This document shows positions 10,960 to 21,351 of a DNA stretch of 64,000 nt, piece after piece. Each line of letters opens with the position of its first letter. Within the stretch, counting starts at the first letter, position 1. The stretch is from positions 1-64,000 of the forward strand of contig CBDBHR010000029.1 in assembly GCA_965205865.1 (NCBI GenBank), read 5' to 3'. This DNA is from a bacterium (GTDB taxonomy: Bacteria; SAR324; NAC60-12). The notes below the pieces were generated by a model. That model saw only the letters and a program-made list of their open reading frames with translations, ran no database searches and was not told the origin of the DNA. The position numbers and the translations under genes are program-made.

Positions 10960-11215
10960 AATATTTAGAGGAGGTCAATCGATTTTTTTTGCTCACCTTA
11001 ATTCCTCATTGGCGAGTGCTTGTCTCATCCTGGACTTGATCCTCGCTCCTATCTGTATCAGTCCCTGAAAATAGCGAAGGCATCCTTCCAATACAATATA
11101 AAAATATTTAGAGGATGTCAATAGATTTTTTTGCTCCTCTTCACTCCTCAGGGGCGAGTGCTGGTGTCATCCTGGACTTGATCCTCGCTGCTCTCTGTGT
11201 CAGTCCTTGAAAATA
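10960..11215. repeat. Two degenerate direct repeats, 143-bp period
   Basis: AATATTTAGAGGA.GTCAAT...GGCGAGTGCT...TCATCCTGGACTTGATCCTCGCT...CAGTCC.TGAAAATA at 10960 and 11103. Confidence 0.8.
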
Positions 11216-11588
11216 CTGGGCAATCCTGCCTTTCCCGGAACGAAAAGCATGGGATTCAGAGCAAATCATTTCAAGGACTGATGCGCATTCAAAATAAGCA
11301 GCTTTCGCAAAAAGTTGCTTGAGCTTGCTTAGGAGCGATTGAGTTGAGATTGAAGTTGTTGAAGCAGGCTTTGTAACTCTTCTTTACTTTTTCGAATCAA
11401 CTCTTCTCGAGGAGTCCTCTCTTGTTTGAGAAGGTTTTGAGTCATGTGGATTTGACCAATCAGTTTTTTTTCGAGACCTTCTTTCAAACCTTGTGATTAT
11501 CCGATTTGAAAAGGGGTCTAGTATTAAATTGTCTTTTTATATTTGCCCCCTTTTCACTATTTATTAAAAAGGAGTCTGGTATGCATTT

Positions 11589-12557
11589 TCAGGACTCCTC
11601 CACAGGGACATAGTTCAGAGACAAATGGTCCCTGGTGGTGGGGTCTTTCACGATGCGATACTGCTTCCCATGGATGGTGACCGGCTCCTCGAAAAGTTGG
11701 GACCAGGTCTTCTCAGTGGCGCGCTCACGCCAGGGGAACACCCCGCGAGTATCATTGTAGCTCCAGATATCTTCGAGATTGAGCAATTTACGAAACCGCA
11801 CACCGTTGCGGGCAATCATTTCATCGCTGATCCGGCCTTGGAAGTTCTCCTGCGCACGGTAGTGGAACGCGCCAAAAAACAGGCTGAGACTGAGCCGTAA
11901 CCCCGGATTGTGCCGGGGGAACGCCCCGTGCCACACGTTGCCATGGAACACCAGGACGGAGCCGGCAGGGGCTTCGACCGGAACCGCCTCCTTCACCCCC
12001 TCACCAGGTTTGGGCTTACGGCGGAGTTTGTGGGAGCCCGGAACAACACAAAAAGCGCAATTGGCTTTAGTGTAGTCGGTGAGAATCCAATTGGTGTTGA
12101 AACACTGGGGAGGATCCGGCAAATAGGTCCCTTGATACAGATGGTCGTCGGCATGAAGGCCCAGGTTCTCCCCATAGCCCTCAGGATCCTGCCATTTGAT
12201 GAAAGCACAGAGGGAAGAGAGCAGACAGGTGTGGCCCAAGTAGTTTTCTACCAGGGGCAGGGTCATCGGGTGTTGAATGATTTTTTCAAAGGCGGGATCT
12301 TCCTCGAGAATGGACACCAGGAGATATTGATGCTGATAGGAGGCCATGATATCGAGGTTACCGTGGGCCCCTGTCTCCAGGTCGTGCTTGACACCGGTGC
12401 GCTCATCGGCAATCCGAAGAACGGCTGCCCGGCATTGCTCCAAGAGGCATGGATCGCCGATTTGCTCGGGAGTGATCACGGTCAACCCATAGGCGTCGAG
12501 TTCTTCCAGGTTTTTGGTGAGCCCGCGTTTCCTGATCACTTGATAGGTCGAAGGCAT
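11589..12557 (-). CDS. PhyH-family Fe(II)/2-oxoglutarate dioxygenase (paralog 3)
   Basis: LHADD (HxD), NTNWILTDYT, VPGSH, WHGA and RLSL motifs. The homologous MITQDW start at ~12592 is out of frame. Confidence 0.88.
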   Translation of the reverse strand: MPSTYQVIRKRGLTKNLEELDAYGLTVITPEQIGDPCLLEQCRAAVLRIADERTGVKHDLETGAHGNLDIMASYQHQYLLVSILEEDPAFEKIIQHPMTLPLVENYLGHTCLLSSLCAFIKWQDPEGYGENLGLHADDHLYQGTYLPDPPQCFNTNWILTDYTKANCAFCVVPGSHKLRRKPKPGEGVKEAVPVEAPAGSVLVFHGNVWHGAFPRHNPGLRLSLSLFFGAFHYRAQENFQGRISDEMIARNGVRFRKLLNLEDIWSYNDTRGVFPWRERATEKTWSQLFEEPVTIHGKQYRIVKDPTTRDHLSLNYVPVEES

Positions 12558-12604
12558 GGTTTTCGCTTGGTTTTCCAGTCTTGAGTAATCATGGGGTCCC
12601 TTTC

Positions 12605-13549
12605 TTATAAAGATCGTTTTTCTCGCATATCGTCAAAGACGGCCTGTCGTTCATTTTCCGTCATGGTGTCCCAGGTCTCACGGAGGTAGTAGGGAATGGG
12701 GCCCCGTTCATCGGTCCATCCCCAGACATCTTCATAGCCCACCAGGACGCGAAACCGCTCATCGTTGCGGGCCAGCATTTCCTCAGTGATCCGGCCCTGA
12801 AAGTTTTCCTGACAACGGAAATGCCGGCCACAGTAATAGGTATTGACCGATAAGCGGATGCCCGGAGTGAGACGGGGAAAAGCGCCATGCCAGACGTTGC
12901 CGTGAAAGACGATGGCGGAACCGGCTGGTGCTTCCACCGGGATCGCGTCTTCTACGCCTTCCCCAGGTTTGGGGTGCCGGCAAAGTTTGTGGGAGCCGGG
13001 CACGATACAAAAGGCGCCGTTCTCTTTGGTATAGTCCGTGAGAATCCAATTGCAATTGAAAGTGTGAGGCACCACTCCCGGCAGAGGCCCATCATACAAT
13101 CGCGTATCGTCATGCAAGCCCAGGGTTTTCCCATAGCCTTCGGGCTCCTGCCATTTGAGGAAGGAAACCAGCGAGGACAATTGACATCGGGGGCCCAGAA
13201 AGTATTCCACCAAGGACAGGGTTTTCGGGTGTTGAATGATCTCTTCAAAGACGCGATCGTGCTCCAGTAAGGCAAAGAGCAGGTACTGACCTTTGTTGGT
13301 GCCAATATTGTGGATCCGGCCATGGGCGCCGGTTTCGAGGTCGTGCTTGACACCCGTACGCTCCTCAGCCAACCGGAGCAGCGCCGCCCGGGCACGCTCC
13401 AAAAGGCTGGGATCTCCCAGTTCTTCTGGTAGAATCACCGTCAACCCATAGGCATGCAATTCTTCCAGATGCTCGCTAAGTCCTCGTTCTTTGATCATTT
13501 GGTAGGCCGGGGAAATGGTTTTCAATTGAGGCCAATTTTGTGTTGTCAT
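12605..13549 (-). CDS. PhyH-family dioxygenase (paralog 2)
   Basis: LHDDT, NGAFCIVPGSH and WHGAFP motifs. Intact. Confidence 0.92.
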   Translation of the reverse strand: MTTQNWPQLKTISPAYQMIKERGLSEHLEELHAYGLTVILPEELGDPSLLERARAALLRLAEERTGVKHDLETGAHGRIHNIGTNKGQYLLFALLEHDRVFEEIIQHPKTLSLVEYFLGPRCQLSSLVSFLKWQEPEGYGKTLGLHDDTRLYDGPLPGVVPHTFNCNWILTDYTKENGAFCIVPGSHKLCRHPKPGEGVEDAIPVEAPAGSAIVFHGNVWHGAFPRLTPGIRLSVNTYYCGRHFRCQENFQGRITEEMLARNDERFRVLVGYEDVWGWTDERGPIPYYLRETWDTMTENERQAVFDDMREKRSL

Positions 13550-13690
13550 AAAGATTTATTTTTGTTTAATGTTGTTTAGCGTGTTTAGTGTCATCACGAA
13601 CAAACGTGCGGGATCTTTTAAAGAATTCCGTAATTTTATAAGATCTCTCCCTTTGTTCGAGATGACGAAATTTAAGTTTTTGCTGGATTC

Positions 13691-14644
13691 CTATTTAATT
13701 TTTACAGCAATGTTTTTATATAGTTCATCTTTGGCTGCCTGCCTTTCACTATTGCTGAGGGATTCCCAGCGGTCACGGAGGCAATAGGGGATAGGTCCCC
13801 GTTTGTCAGTATATCCCCAAGGATCGTCATAGTTCAGCAGTTGGCGAAACCGGGCATTGTTGCGGGCCAGCATTTCCTTACTGATCCGGCCATGAAAGTC
13901 TTCCTGAACCCGGAAGTGCCGGCCGCAATAGTAGGCATTGACCGATAAGCGCAGGCCTGGATTGATCCGGGGGAACGCTCCATGCCAGACATTGCCGTGA
14001 AAGACCAGGACCGAACCGGCTTCAGCTTCAATCGGGACCGTGTCTTCGATGCCCTCCCCAGGTTTGGGATGTCTACAGAGTTTGTGGGAACCGGGCACAA
14101 TGCAAAAGGCTCCGTTGTCTTTGGTGTAGTCGGTGAGAATCCAATTGGTATTGAAGGTATGAGGCACTACCCCTGGCAGCGGACCATCATACAACCCCGT
14201 ATCGTCGTGCAAACCGAGCCCTTCTCCATAACCGTGAGGATTCTGCCATTTGACGAAACAGGTGAGCGAGGACAACTGACAGGCGGCTCCAATAAAGTAT
14301 TCCACCAAGGGAAGGGTCATCTTGTGCTGGATGATTTCTTCGAAAACCCGGTCACTCTCAAGAAAGGAAAAGATCAGGTATTGACTGTCATTGGAACCTA
14401 CCGCATCGTATTCGCCGTGCTCTCCGGTGTTGATATCGTGTTTGACGCCCGTTCGGTCCTCGGTAAGTTTGAGGATCGCTGCCCGGGCGCGCTCCAGAAT
14501 TCCGGGGTCTCCTATTTTTTCAGGGGGAATCACCGTCAAACCATAGGCTTGCAGCTCTTCCAGGTGTTTGGCGAGCCCCCGTTCTTTGATCAATTGGTAG
14601 GCGGGGGAAATGGTATTCAGTTGAGGCCAATTTTGTGTTGTCAT
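13691..14644 (-). CDS. PhyH-family dioxygenase (paralog 1)
   Basis: Same motifs. Shares the MTTQNWPQL N-terminus with paralog 2. RBS AAGGAG. Confidence 0.92.
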   Translation of the reverse strand: MTTQNWPQLNTISPAYQLIKERGLAKHLEELQAYGLTVIPPEKIGDPGILERARAAILKLTEDRTGVKHDINTGEHGEYDAVGSNDSQYLIFSFLESDRVFEEIIQHKMTLPLVEYFIGAACQLSSLTCFVKWQNPHGYGEGLGLHDDTGLYDGPLPGVVPHTFNTNWILTDYTKDNGAFCIVPGSHKLCRHPKPGEGIEDTVPIEAEAGSVLVFHGNVWHGAFPRINPGLRLSVNAYYCGRHFRVQEDFHGRISKEMLARNNARFRQLLNYDDPWGYTDKRGPIPYCLRDRWESLSNSERQAAKDELYKNIAVKIK

Positions 14645-14653
14645 GATAACTCC

Positions 14654-15625
14654 TTATGGTTTGTTTGTTTTTTTCAATTGTCGATAAAACTTTTGGACGG
14701 CTTTCTTCGCGGTGCCTAAATTGCCGGTGCCGCCTTTCAGTCGGGGATCGACCAAATCTCTGACGGCATCGCCGAACATATTGATCGAGAAAACCACCAC
14801 CGCCAGACAAGCGCCAGGCCACAGAGCCAAATCGGGACTGCGCAGCATGTATTTTTTCCCGGCCATATTGAGCATCCCCCCCCAACTAGGCTCGGGAGGC
14901 GGAATCCCGAATCCGAGAAAACTGATCTCCGCCTCGGTGATGATGGCCGCACCCAAAGCTGTGGAGAACATCACAATCATCGGGGCGACCAGTTGCGGCA
15001 GGATGTGTCGCCAGAGGATCCGCCAGGTTCCACAGCCCACCGAGCGGGCTGCCTCCACATACATGTTTTCCCTGGCACTGAGCACCACCCCCCGGAGGAT
15101 ACGCGATCCTCCAATCCCCCACCACACTCCGATCACGATAATGACCGATAGGATCCCCTGGGGCAGCAGGGTCATCACAGTCAAAATAATGAAGAGGGGA
15201 GGAAAGGTGAGAAAGGCATCCACCAGCCGTTGAATGAAGAGGTCCACTTTGCCGCCCAAATAGCCGGAGAGCAAGGCGAGGATCACGGCGATCACCAGAT
15301 GGAGCGCCGCCGCTCCGACTCCGACAATCATCGAAATTCGTGCTCCGAAGACCAATCGGCTGAAGAGGTCCCGGCCGAGTTGGTCTGCTCCCAGAATGTG
15401 CTCGGCAGAGGCATCGGCAAAGCGGGCTTTCATATTGATCGTGCTGACGCCATAGGGGGCAATGACATCGGCAAAAATACCCAGCAGCAGCAAAGCCAGG
15501 ACCACCACTGCCCCGGCTGCGCCGAGTTTCTTCTCCCGGAACAGTCTGATCATGAAGGTTCGAACTTGTCCTCCGGACTTTGGTGTCTCAGCTGCCGCAA
15601 ATTTTGTTTCGATGCTTGCTTCCAT
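14654..15625 (-). CDS. ABC transporter permease, DppC/OppC family
   Basis: HILGADQLGRDLFSRL, YVEAARSVG (EAA loop) and SFLGFG..PPEPSWG motifs. Confidence 0.95.
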   Translation of the reverse strand: MEASIETKFAAAETPKSGGQVRTFMIRLFREKKLGAAGAVVVLALLLLGIFADVIAPYGVSTINMKARFADASAEHILGADQLGRDLFSRLVFGARISMIVGVGAAALHLVIAVILALLSGYLGGKVDLFIQRLVDAFLTFPPLFIILTVMTLLPQGILSVIIVIGVWWGIGGSRILRGVVLSARENMYVEAARSVGCGTWRILWRHILPQLVAPMIVMFSTALGAAIITEAEISFLGFGIPPPEPSWGGMLNMAGKKYMLRSPDLALWPGACLAVVVFSINMFGDAVRDLVDPRLKGGTGNLGTAKKAVQKFYRQLKKTNKP

Positions 15626-15670
15626 AGAATACTTTATTAATTGAAGACGGGACTTTGGGCCGAGTCCCCT

Positions 15671-16531
15671 TTAGCCGTCGTAGAATTGCATTGGGTGCAG
15701 CCCCAGCAGGCGGCGTTCTCGATCCGAAGCGATGCGTTGGATAGCGGCTGGATCGACGTGATTCACCGACTCCGTGGTTTTGACCCGTTGGGCGATATCG
15801 CGCCTGGCATAGTGCACTTGCAAGAAAAACCGTCCCGTATCCCCTTTCTGCGTAGGCAGCCGCCGGTGCCACATGTCGGAGACAAACAATGCCACGTCAC
15901 CGGCTTTGGCAATCAAGGGCTTCGCTTTGACGCCATTCCAACTCAGTTCTTCGTCCAAGAGCCGATCCAACGGTGGGTGTGTTCCGGACTTGTGACTGCC
16001 GGGGATCACCCCGGTGGGACCACATTTGCGAGGGCAGTCGATTAAAAAGATATGGGCTCCGATGGCAAATACCGGATGTGGAAGGTTTTCAGGCCACACC
16101 TGGCCTGGACGGAGGGGAATGTGCGGACCGCCATCGAGATGCCATGCTCCGGCCTGACCCACTTCGCCAGGAGGATTTCTCCAGCAGGTATTGGCAATGA
16201 TGTGACAATCTTCCCCCAGCAGAGGCTCAATCACGTCGAGAATCTCCCGTCGTCCCGCAATGGCCTGACACAATGGGCCGTGATTATACATCTCGTAGCG
16301 GAAATGGTGACTGTCTTTCAAACCAAGTTTATCACGATACCGGCTATCAGGCTGCCGTTCGTCGTAAACCTTATTGATCTCTGTTCTGAGCGCTTTCAAC
16401 TCCTTGGCGTTGAAGGCTTTGCGTACAATAGTATACCCCTGCTCCTCCAACTCTACGGACTCTATAGGTACCGGGGTCTCCCTGACTGCTAAGTATTTGA
16501 TATCGCTAATAAATTCTACACGTGTCAACAT
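15671..16531 (-). CDS. PhyH-family dioxygenase
   Basis: LEEQGYTIV, WHLDG, GPTGVIPGSH and AGDVALF..WHR motifs. The true start may lie downstream. Confidence 0.9.
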   Translation of the reverse strand: MLTRVEFISDIKYLAVRETPVPIESVELEEQGYTIVRKAFNAKELKALRTEINKVYDERQPDSRYRDKLGLKDSHHFRYEMYNHGPLCQAIAGRREILDVIEPLLGEDCHIIANTCWRNPPGEVGQAGAWHLDGGPHIPLRPGQVWPENLPHPVFAIGAHIFLIDCPRKCGPTGVIPGSHKSGTHPPLDRLLDEELSWNGVKAKPLIAKAGDVALFVSDMWHRRLPTQKGDTGRFFLQVHYARRDIAQRVKTTESVNHVDPAAIQRIASDRERRLLGLHPMQFYDG

Positions 16532-16838
16532 ATTAACCTTTCCGGAAAATGTTTAAATCATCAGATATTTCAAAAACTTTCCCTGGGATTGAACCTCACC
16601 CTCTTTCCCTCCTTCCGCTCTACCCAATGGAGGAGGTATTTTGCCAAAAGGAGACAATCTATTCAATCTAACACACTATAGTCGAGGAGTTCCCTATCCT
16701 GTTCCTTCTCCCGGAAGTGAAACCGTCCCCTCTCAAAACTGATGATCAATTCGAAGAGGGGGAATTGCCCCCTCGGCCTTGGTGTCTCGATTACCACAAC
16801 CAGTGTTTCGATTAAACAAAAAAACTGACAGCTAATAT

Positions 16839-17798
16839 CTACCGATAATGAATCCGCGGGTCGAGCCAGGCGTAGCTGATGTCCACCAGGAGATTGACGA
16901 TCAGCACAAAACCCGCCAACACGACATTGATGCCGGAAACGACGGTATAATCGCGGATCTTCAAGGCATCCACCAGGAGCGCCCCGACCCCGGGGAGGGA
17001 AAAGATGATCTCCACCACCACGGCCCCGCCAATCAATACCGGGACTTGCAGGCCCAGAATGGTGACCAGCGGGATGAGGGTATTCTTCACCACATGCCGG
17101 AGCACCACGATCCGCTCCCGGAGTCCCTTGGACCAGGCCGTCCGTACATAGTCCTGCCGCAACACCTCCAGGATCAGGGTGCGGGTCATTCTCATGGTAA
17201 AGCCGGAGAACCACATCCCCATGAGCAGGGACGGGATGATCATAATTCCCAGGTTGGTGAGGGGGTCCTCCCAGAATTCAACATAGGTCAATACGGGCGA
17301 CCAATGCCACCATAGGGCCGCGTAGAGGAGGATCATCGTGGCCAACCAGAACGTGGGGATGGTGATGAGGAGAATAGCAAAACTGCGCAGAATATTATCA
17401 GTCGTTGACCCGGGACGCATCCCGGAAAGTATTCCTACCGGCAAGCTGACAATAAATCCGATGAGGATGGTCAAAATGCCGAGTTCCACCGAGACCGGCA
17501 GTCTCATGAGGATATCCTCAAAGACAGGGGTGCCGGTCCACAGTGATTTGCCAAAGTCGCCCTGCAAGGCCCCGGTGATCCACCTTCCATACTGGACATA
17601 AGCAGGCGCATCAAGCCCCAATTGTTGCTCCAACAGCTTGCGGAGTTCCTTCACGTCCCCACCCCCCATCGCCAGTTGCGCGACCAGCAGGTCGACGACA
17701 TCGCCCGGAATGAAACGCAGGGTGAAAAAGACGATGATCGAAATCAGGAAAAGGGTGGGAATAATCAGTAAAACCCTTCTGATGATATAGGCTTGCAT
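16839..17798 (-). CDS. ABC transporter permease, DppB/OppB family
   Basis: YIIRR...IPGD, GDFGKS, DYVRTAWSKGL and VVEIIFSLPGVG motifs. Confidence 0.95.
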   Translation of the reverse strand: MQAYIIRRVLLIIPTLFLISIIVFFTLRFIPGDVVDLLVAQLAMGGGDVKELRKLLEQQLGLDAPAYVQYGRWITGALQGDFGKSLWTGTPVFEDILMRLPVSVELGILTILIGFIVSLPVGILSGMRPGSTTDNILRSFAILLITIPTFWLATMILLYAALWWHWSPVLTYVEFWEDPLTNLGIMIIPSLLMGMWFSGFTMRMTRTLILEVLRQDYVRTAWSKGLRERIVVLRHVVKNTLIPLVTILGLQVPVLIGGAVVVEIIFSLPGVGALLVDALKIRDYTVVSGINVVLAGFVLIVNLLVDISYAWLDPRIHYR

Positions 17799-17867
17799 GA
17801 TCCCCCTTGCCTAGTAGTCTGTGATTTTCTTTTTTGCTTTTTAGAATTATTAATGATTTCAATGAAT

Positions 17868-18094
17868 TGTCATCCCGGACTTGATCCTGGATCCAGTAAC
17901 TATATAGCGTTGCATATCTCTGGATTCCTGGTCCCGGATCAAGTCCGGGATCGCCAGGAATGACAAAAACAGAAAATAATGATTTGTCATCCCGGACTTT
18001 ATTCTGGATCCAGTAACTATATAGCGTTGCGTATCTCTGGATTCCTGGTCCCGGATCAAGTCCGGGATTGCCAGGAATGACAAAAACAGAAAAT
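17868..18094. repeat. Tandem pair (117-bp period) of TGTCAT-type REP-like palindrome doublets
   Basis: TGTCATCCCGGACTTGATCC..GATCCAG...CTGGATTCCTGG...CCAGGAATGACA at 17868 and 17985. Confidence 0.9.
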
Positions 18095-18108
18095 CACGTC
18101 CAACTATC

Positions 18109-18284
18109 TGAGGGGTAGCGGAGTTTTTTCTCCTTTGTCATTCCGGCCCCCGAGCCGGAATCCATTACTTCAATCCTCGATTTCTGGATCCCGGATCATC
18201 CCGGACTTGATCCGGGACCGGGATGACACATCCATAGAGATTAACTCTTGGATTTTATGTGAATAAAAACTCCGTTACTGCTCA
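18109..18284. mobile_element. MITE family C carrying a REP-like doublet
   Basis: TIR TGAG(GG/CA)GTA(G/A)CGGAGTTTTT, 17/20 match. Internal TGTCATTCCGG...CCGGGATGACA. Target duplication not clean. Confidence 0.65.
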
Positions 18285-18343
18285 ACCACCTAATATAACC
18301 GACAGCCCATTTCCCCCTTTGAAAAAAAGGGGGAGTTGAGATA

Positions 18344-20275
18344 TCAGTCATTACACTCGCGACCGCTTTTTTCTTTCTTCAAGGCGCAGTCCACCCAGAG
18401 GAACTTGTTGGTGTACCAGAAATTGAGCGAGAATCCCTGTTCTCCATGATAGTTCTTCAACCAAGCCTGCCAGTAGTTGTGTGGATAATACGCCACAGAG
18501 AACAATGCCCAACTGTTGCGCATAGCGGTGACATTGATCGCTTTCCATTTTTCAAGCCGCTCCTCAGGGTCGGCCGTCGATGTCGCGTCCTTAAAGTTGG
18601 CATCCCAAGACGGGTCGGTGATATGGCCGACATGGGGCATCGTGGCATTCAGATCAAAGGTCAGCCAGTGCCACGGGCTCAAACCAGGGGAGCCGGAGTC
18701 TTTAACCGCCATTCCCAAGTGCCCTGGCTTCATCAGCAGATTCTCCAGCGCTGTGAGATCCATCACCTTGATTTCGGCGTTAATTCCCACTGCGGAGAGG
18801 TAACCGGCAAACATTTCCGACTCCTCGGGGAATACCGCCGTCACTATCTCGGTGTCAAAGCCATTGGGATAGCCGGCTTCGGCCAGAAGCTGTTTCGCTT
18901 TTTCCGGGTTATAGCCAAAGAGTTCCCGAACATCCGCGGGTTTTTCTTCCAAGGTCATATAATAGGGCTCTTGCCCCTTGTAGGTCAAATTGTGTACAAT
19001 CTCCGCGTTTCCCTGATAGAAATCGTCAACAATCCCCTGTTGGTCGATAGCCAGCATGGCCGCGTGGCGCACCCGCTGATCACTCCAGGGCTCCAGGTCC
19101 TGCCGTACGGGCATGTGCAATACATTTGCCGAGGAAGGGGCGTGCAGCACCTCGGGGTTGGTCTGCGACAGTTCAATCACGTAATCGTGTGGAACCCCAT
19201 ACCAGGGAGCAATCTTATCCAGTTTGCCGGTACGCAGCGCTGCCACCTGTACTCCCCAATCCCCGGAAAAGTGAACCATCTTCATGCCATCGAGATAAGG
19301 CAACCGGTTCTCGGGATGGAGGGGATCATAATCCCAGTAGTTCGGGTTCTTTTTAAAAGTGGTCGTCCCCCCACTGACATAATTGCTGGGGATGAAGGGA
19401 CCGGTACCCAAGGTATTTTTCCAATCTTTCCGGTCCAGTTCTCCGAGTTCTCGGGGTAACACAGCTGCAAAGACAGAAACCCACCACTGTGGCATGGAGG
19501 TATAGTTAGCTAGCTCCCACTGGATGAGAAGGTTACGCCTATCCAGAGGCACCGCTTTGTAGTTAGCTAGCTCCCACTGGATGAGAAGGTTACGCCTATC
19601 CAGAGGCACCGCTTTGTAGGGCTGACCCCAAAGGGAACTATTCAAATTGAGGGCAAACGCGACATCCTCGGCATCGGCTTCTCGTCCGTAAGCAGACGCC
19701 AACTGGTCATGAGGCTGGACGACATCCTCCTTATTCCAGAAGTGTATGCCCGTGCGGATTCTTAATCTCATGCTATTGCCATCTGTGAATTCCCAATGCT
19801 CGGCCACTCCTCCTGTGGCATACGACCAAAGGGGGTACACATCGGTAAAGCGCGCCTCACCGGTCCCCGAGGATCCTCTCGTCCAGTCCATCTGCCAAAA
19901 ATTGTCATATATCGGGAGAGTCATATGGGCAATATGGCGTCCCCCCATCGGGTCCCACACCCCGAGCCCTGCCCGCATGAGGTCAGTGATGGATCCGCCA
20001 TATTGCGGTTTTTCCACTTCTTTGGTGACCTCCGTGCCATCGAGTTTCTTCAGCTTTAAGGTCACCATTTCCGCAGCAGACACCGCGCCTGCTACAAACA
20101 ACACGACCAACAAGGTCATCATTTTTTTACTGATATTATTCATATATCCTCCATTTATTGAGACTGATTGAGAAAAATAAGCGGACCAATTCCGCTTTCG
20201 TGAATTCAACATGTTAACTTCCTTATGAAAAGTTGAAGTAATAAAATTCATTTTCTGCTGACTTGATTGCATCAT
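18344..20275 (-). CDS. ABC transporter substrate-binding protein, family 5
   Basis: PQYGG, GTGPF, KNPNYW...RLPYLD, RVRHAAMLAID and YNPEKAKQLLAEAGYPNGF motifs. The start is probably ~20143. Contains a 57-bp in-frame tandem duplication. Confidence 0.93.
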   Translation of the reverse strand: MMQSSQQKMNFITSTFHKEVNMLNSRKRNWSAYFSQSVSINGGYMNNISKKMMTLLVVLFVAGAVSAAEMVTLKLKKLDGTEVTKEVEKPQYGGSITDLMRAGLGVWDPMGGRHIAHMTLPIYDNFWQMDWTRGSSGTGEARFTDVYPLWSYATGGVAEHWEFTDGNSMRLRIRTGIHFWNKEDVVQPHDQLASAYGREADAEDVAFALNLNSSLWGQPYKAVPLDRRNLLIQWELANYKAVPLDRRNLLIQWELANYTSMPQWWVSVFAAVLPRELGELDRKDWKNTLGTGPFIPSNYVSGGTTTFKKNPNYWDYDPLHPENRLPYLDGMKMVHFSGDWGVQVAALRTGKLDKIAPWYGVPHDYVIELSQTNPEVLHAPSSANVLHMPVRQDLEPWSDQRVRHAAMLAIDQQGIVDDFYQGNAEIVHNLTYKGQEPYYMTLEEKPADVRELFGYNPEKAKQLLAEAGYPNGFDTEIVTAVFPEESEMFAGYLSAVGINAEIKVMDLTALENLLMKPGHLGMAVKDSGSPGLSPWHWLTFDLNATMPHVGHITDPSWDANFKDATSTADPEERLEKWKAINVTAMRNSWALFSVAYYPHNYWQAWLKNYHGEQGFSLNFWYTNKFLWVDCALKKEKSGRECND

Positions 20276-20487
20276 AGCGATCTCCTTAAAAAAATAAACA
20301 AAATAATGACGCTCTCAGGCGCCGATGATTTTCCAAATTCCCCATTGCCCTTTCTATCCTGGAACTTGGAATTGTAATTTGGAACGAGGAATCTCAAGGA
20401 TCTCTCCCTGAAGTCGAGAAGACACCGGGGGTACAAGCCAATGAACCTGTATATTTAGGACTTGGGACTTGAAATTTGGGACTTGGG

Positions 20488-20516
20488 ATGCTACTATCAT
20501 TTTAACCTTTTGTCAA
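20488..20516 (-). promoter_or_regulatory. Sigma70-type promoter TTGACA-17-TAGCAT upstream of the SBP gene
   Basis: Consensus -35 and spacing. Oriented toward 20275. Confidence 0.6.
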
Positions 20517-20850
20517 AATATTTTTAAATACGGCGACTCACCAAATTGTCCTTCCGCTTTTGGAAATTATATCTTTTATTTAGATAAAGAAGCCAACATT
20601 AATTTTTTCACTTGAATTTATCCTTAAATAACTTGAATATTGGTATATCCTGATATTTTTAAATACGGCGACTCACCAAATTGTTCTTTCGTCTTTGGAA
20701 ATTATTTTCTTTATCTTTATTGAGATAAAGAAGTCAACATTTATTTTTTCACTTATTTCCGTCCTTGGTCAGATACGGGGTCAGGCTTGCGATTTTGGGA
20801 AATAGGAGTTATGATATTTATTAAGTTTCTCCCTTCAGCCGATTTTGCCA

Positions 20851-21190
20851 ATGTCCCGCAAACTCGTCTTTACTTCTCCGGCGCCTTTTATCATATCATG
20901 CTCCGTGGCAATGGCGGACCAGCCATTTTTTCGAGCATCCCGATTATCATTATTTTTACAAGTTGCTGGCAGAGGGTCATGCACGTTTTGATCATCGCAT
21001 TCATGCCTTCCGTTTGATGAACCATCATCTGCCTCTGGCCATCCAAACAGGCAGTCAGTCCCTTTCGCCGATTATGCAAAATGTATCATTTCGTGACACC
21101 CGCTGGGTCAACAAACGGTAAATTGGAATGATCGCTTTCGACTGGAAGTCTTCAACAATCAGAGAGGTAGCAAACAAGCTCAATCGAGTA
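20851..21190 (+). pseudogene. REP-associated tyrosine (HUH/Y1) transposase remnant (RAYT-like)
   Basis: MSRK(P)RLYFSGAFYHIMLRGNGG..IF, RFDHRIHAF.LM.NH and SLSPIMQNVSFR.TRWVNKR across frameshifts. Confidence 0.8.
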
Positions 21191-21351
21191 GTATATATCT
21201 CTTTGACGAACGTCTTCTTTGGTCTGCCGCAGCTCACGCTAGTCGTTGTTAATACTATGAATAATGGGTGTGTCCCACTGAATCTATCTCGAATCAGGCC
21301 TAACTGATTGAAAGGACTTGACAAACTGACTTTCCTGCTTATCTCCTATTA

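Noticed and set aside
17859-18083. 74-aa repetitive ORF
   Set aside because: It is a translation of the tandem REP doublets.
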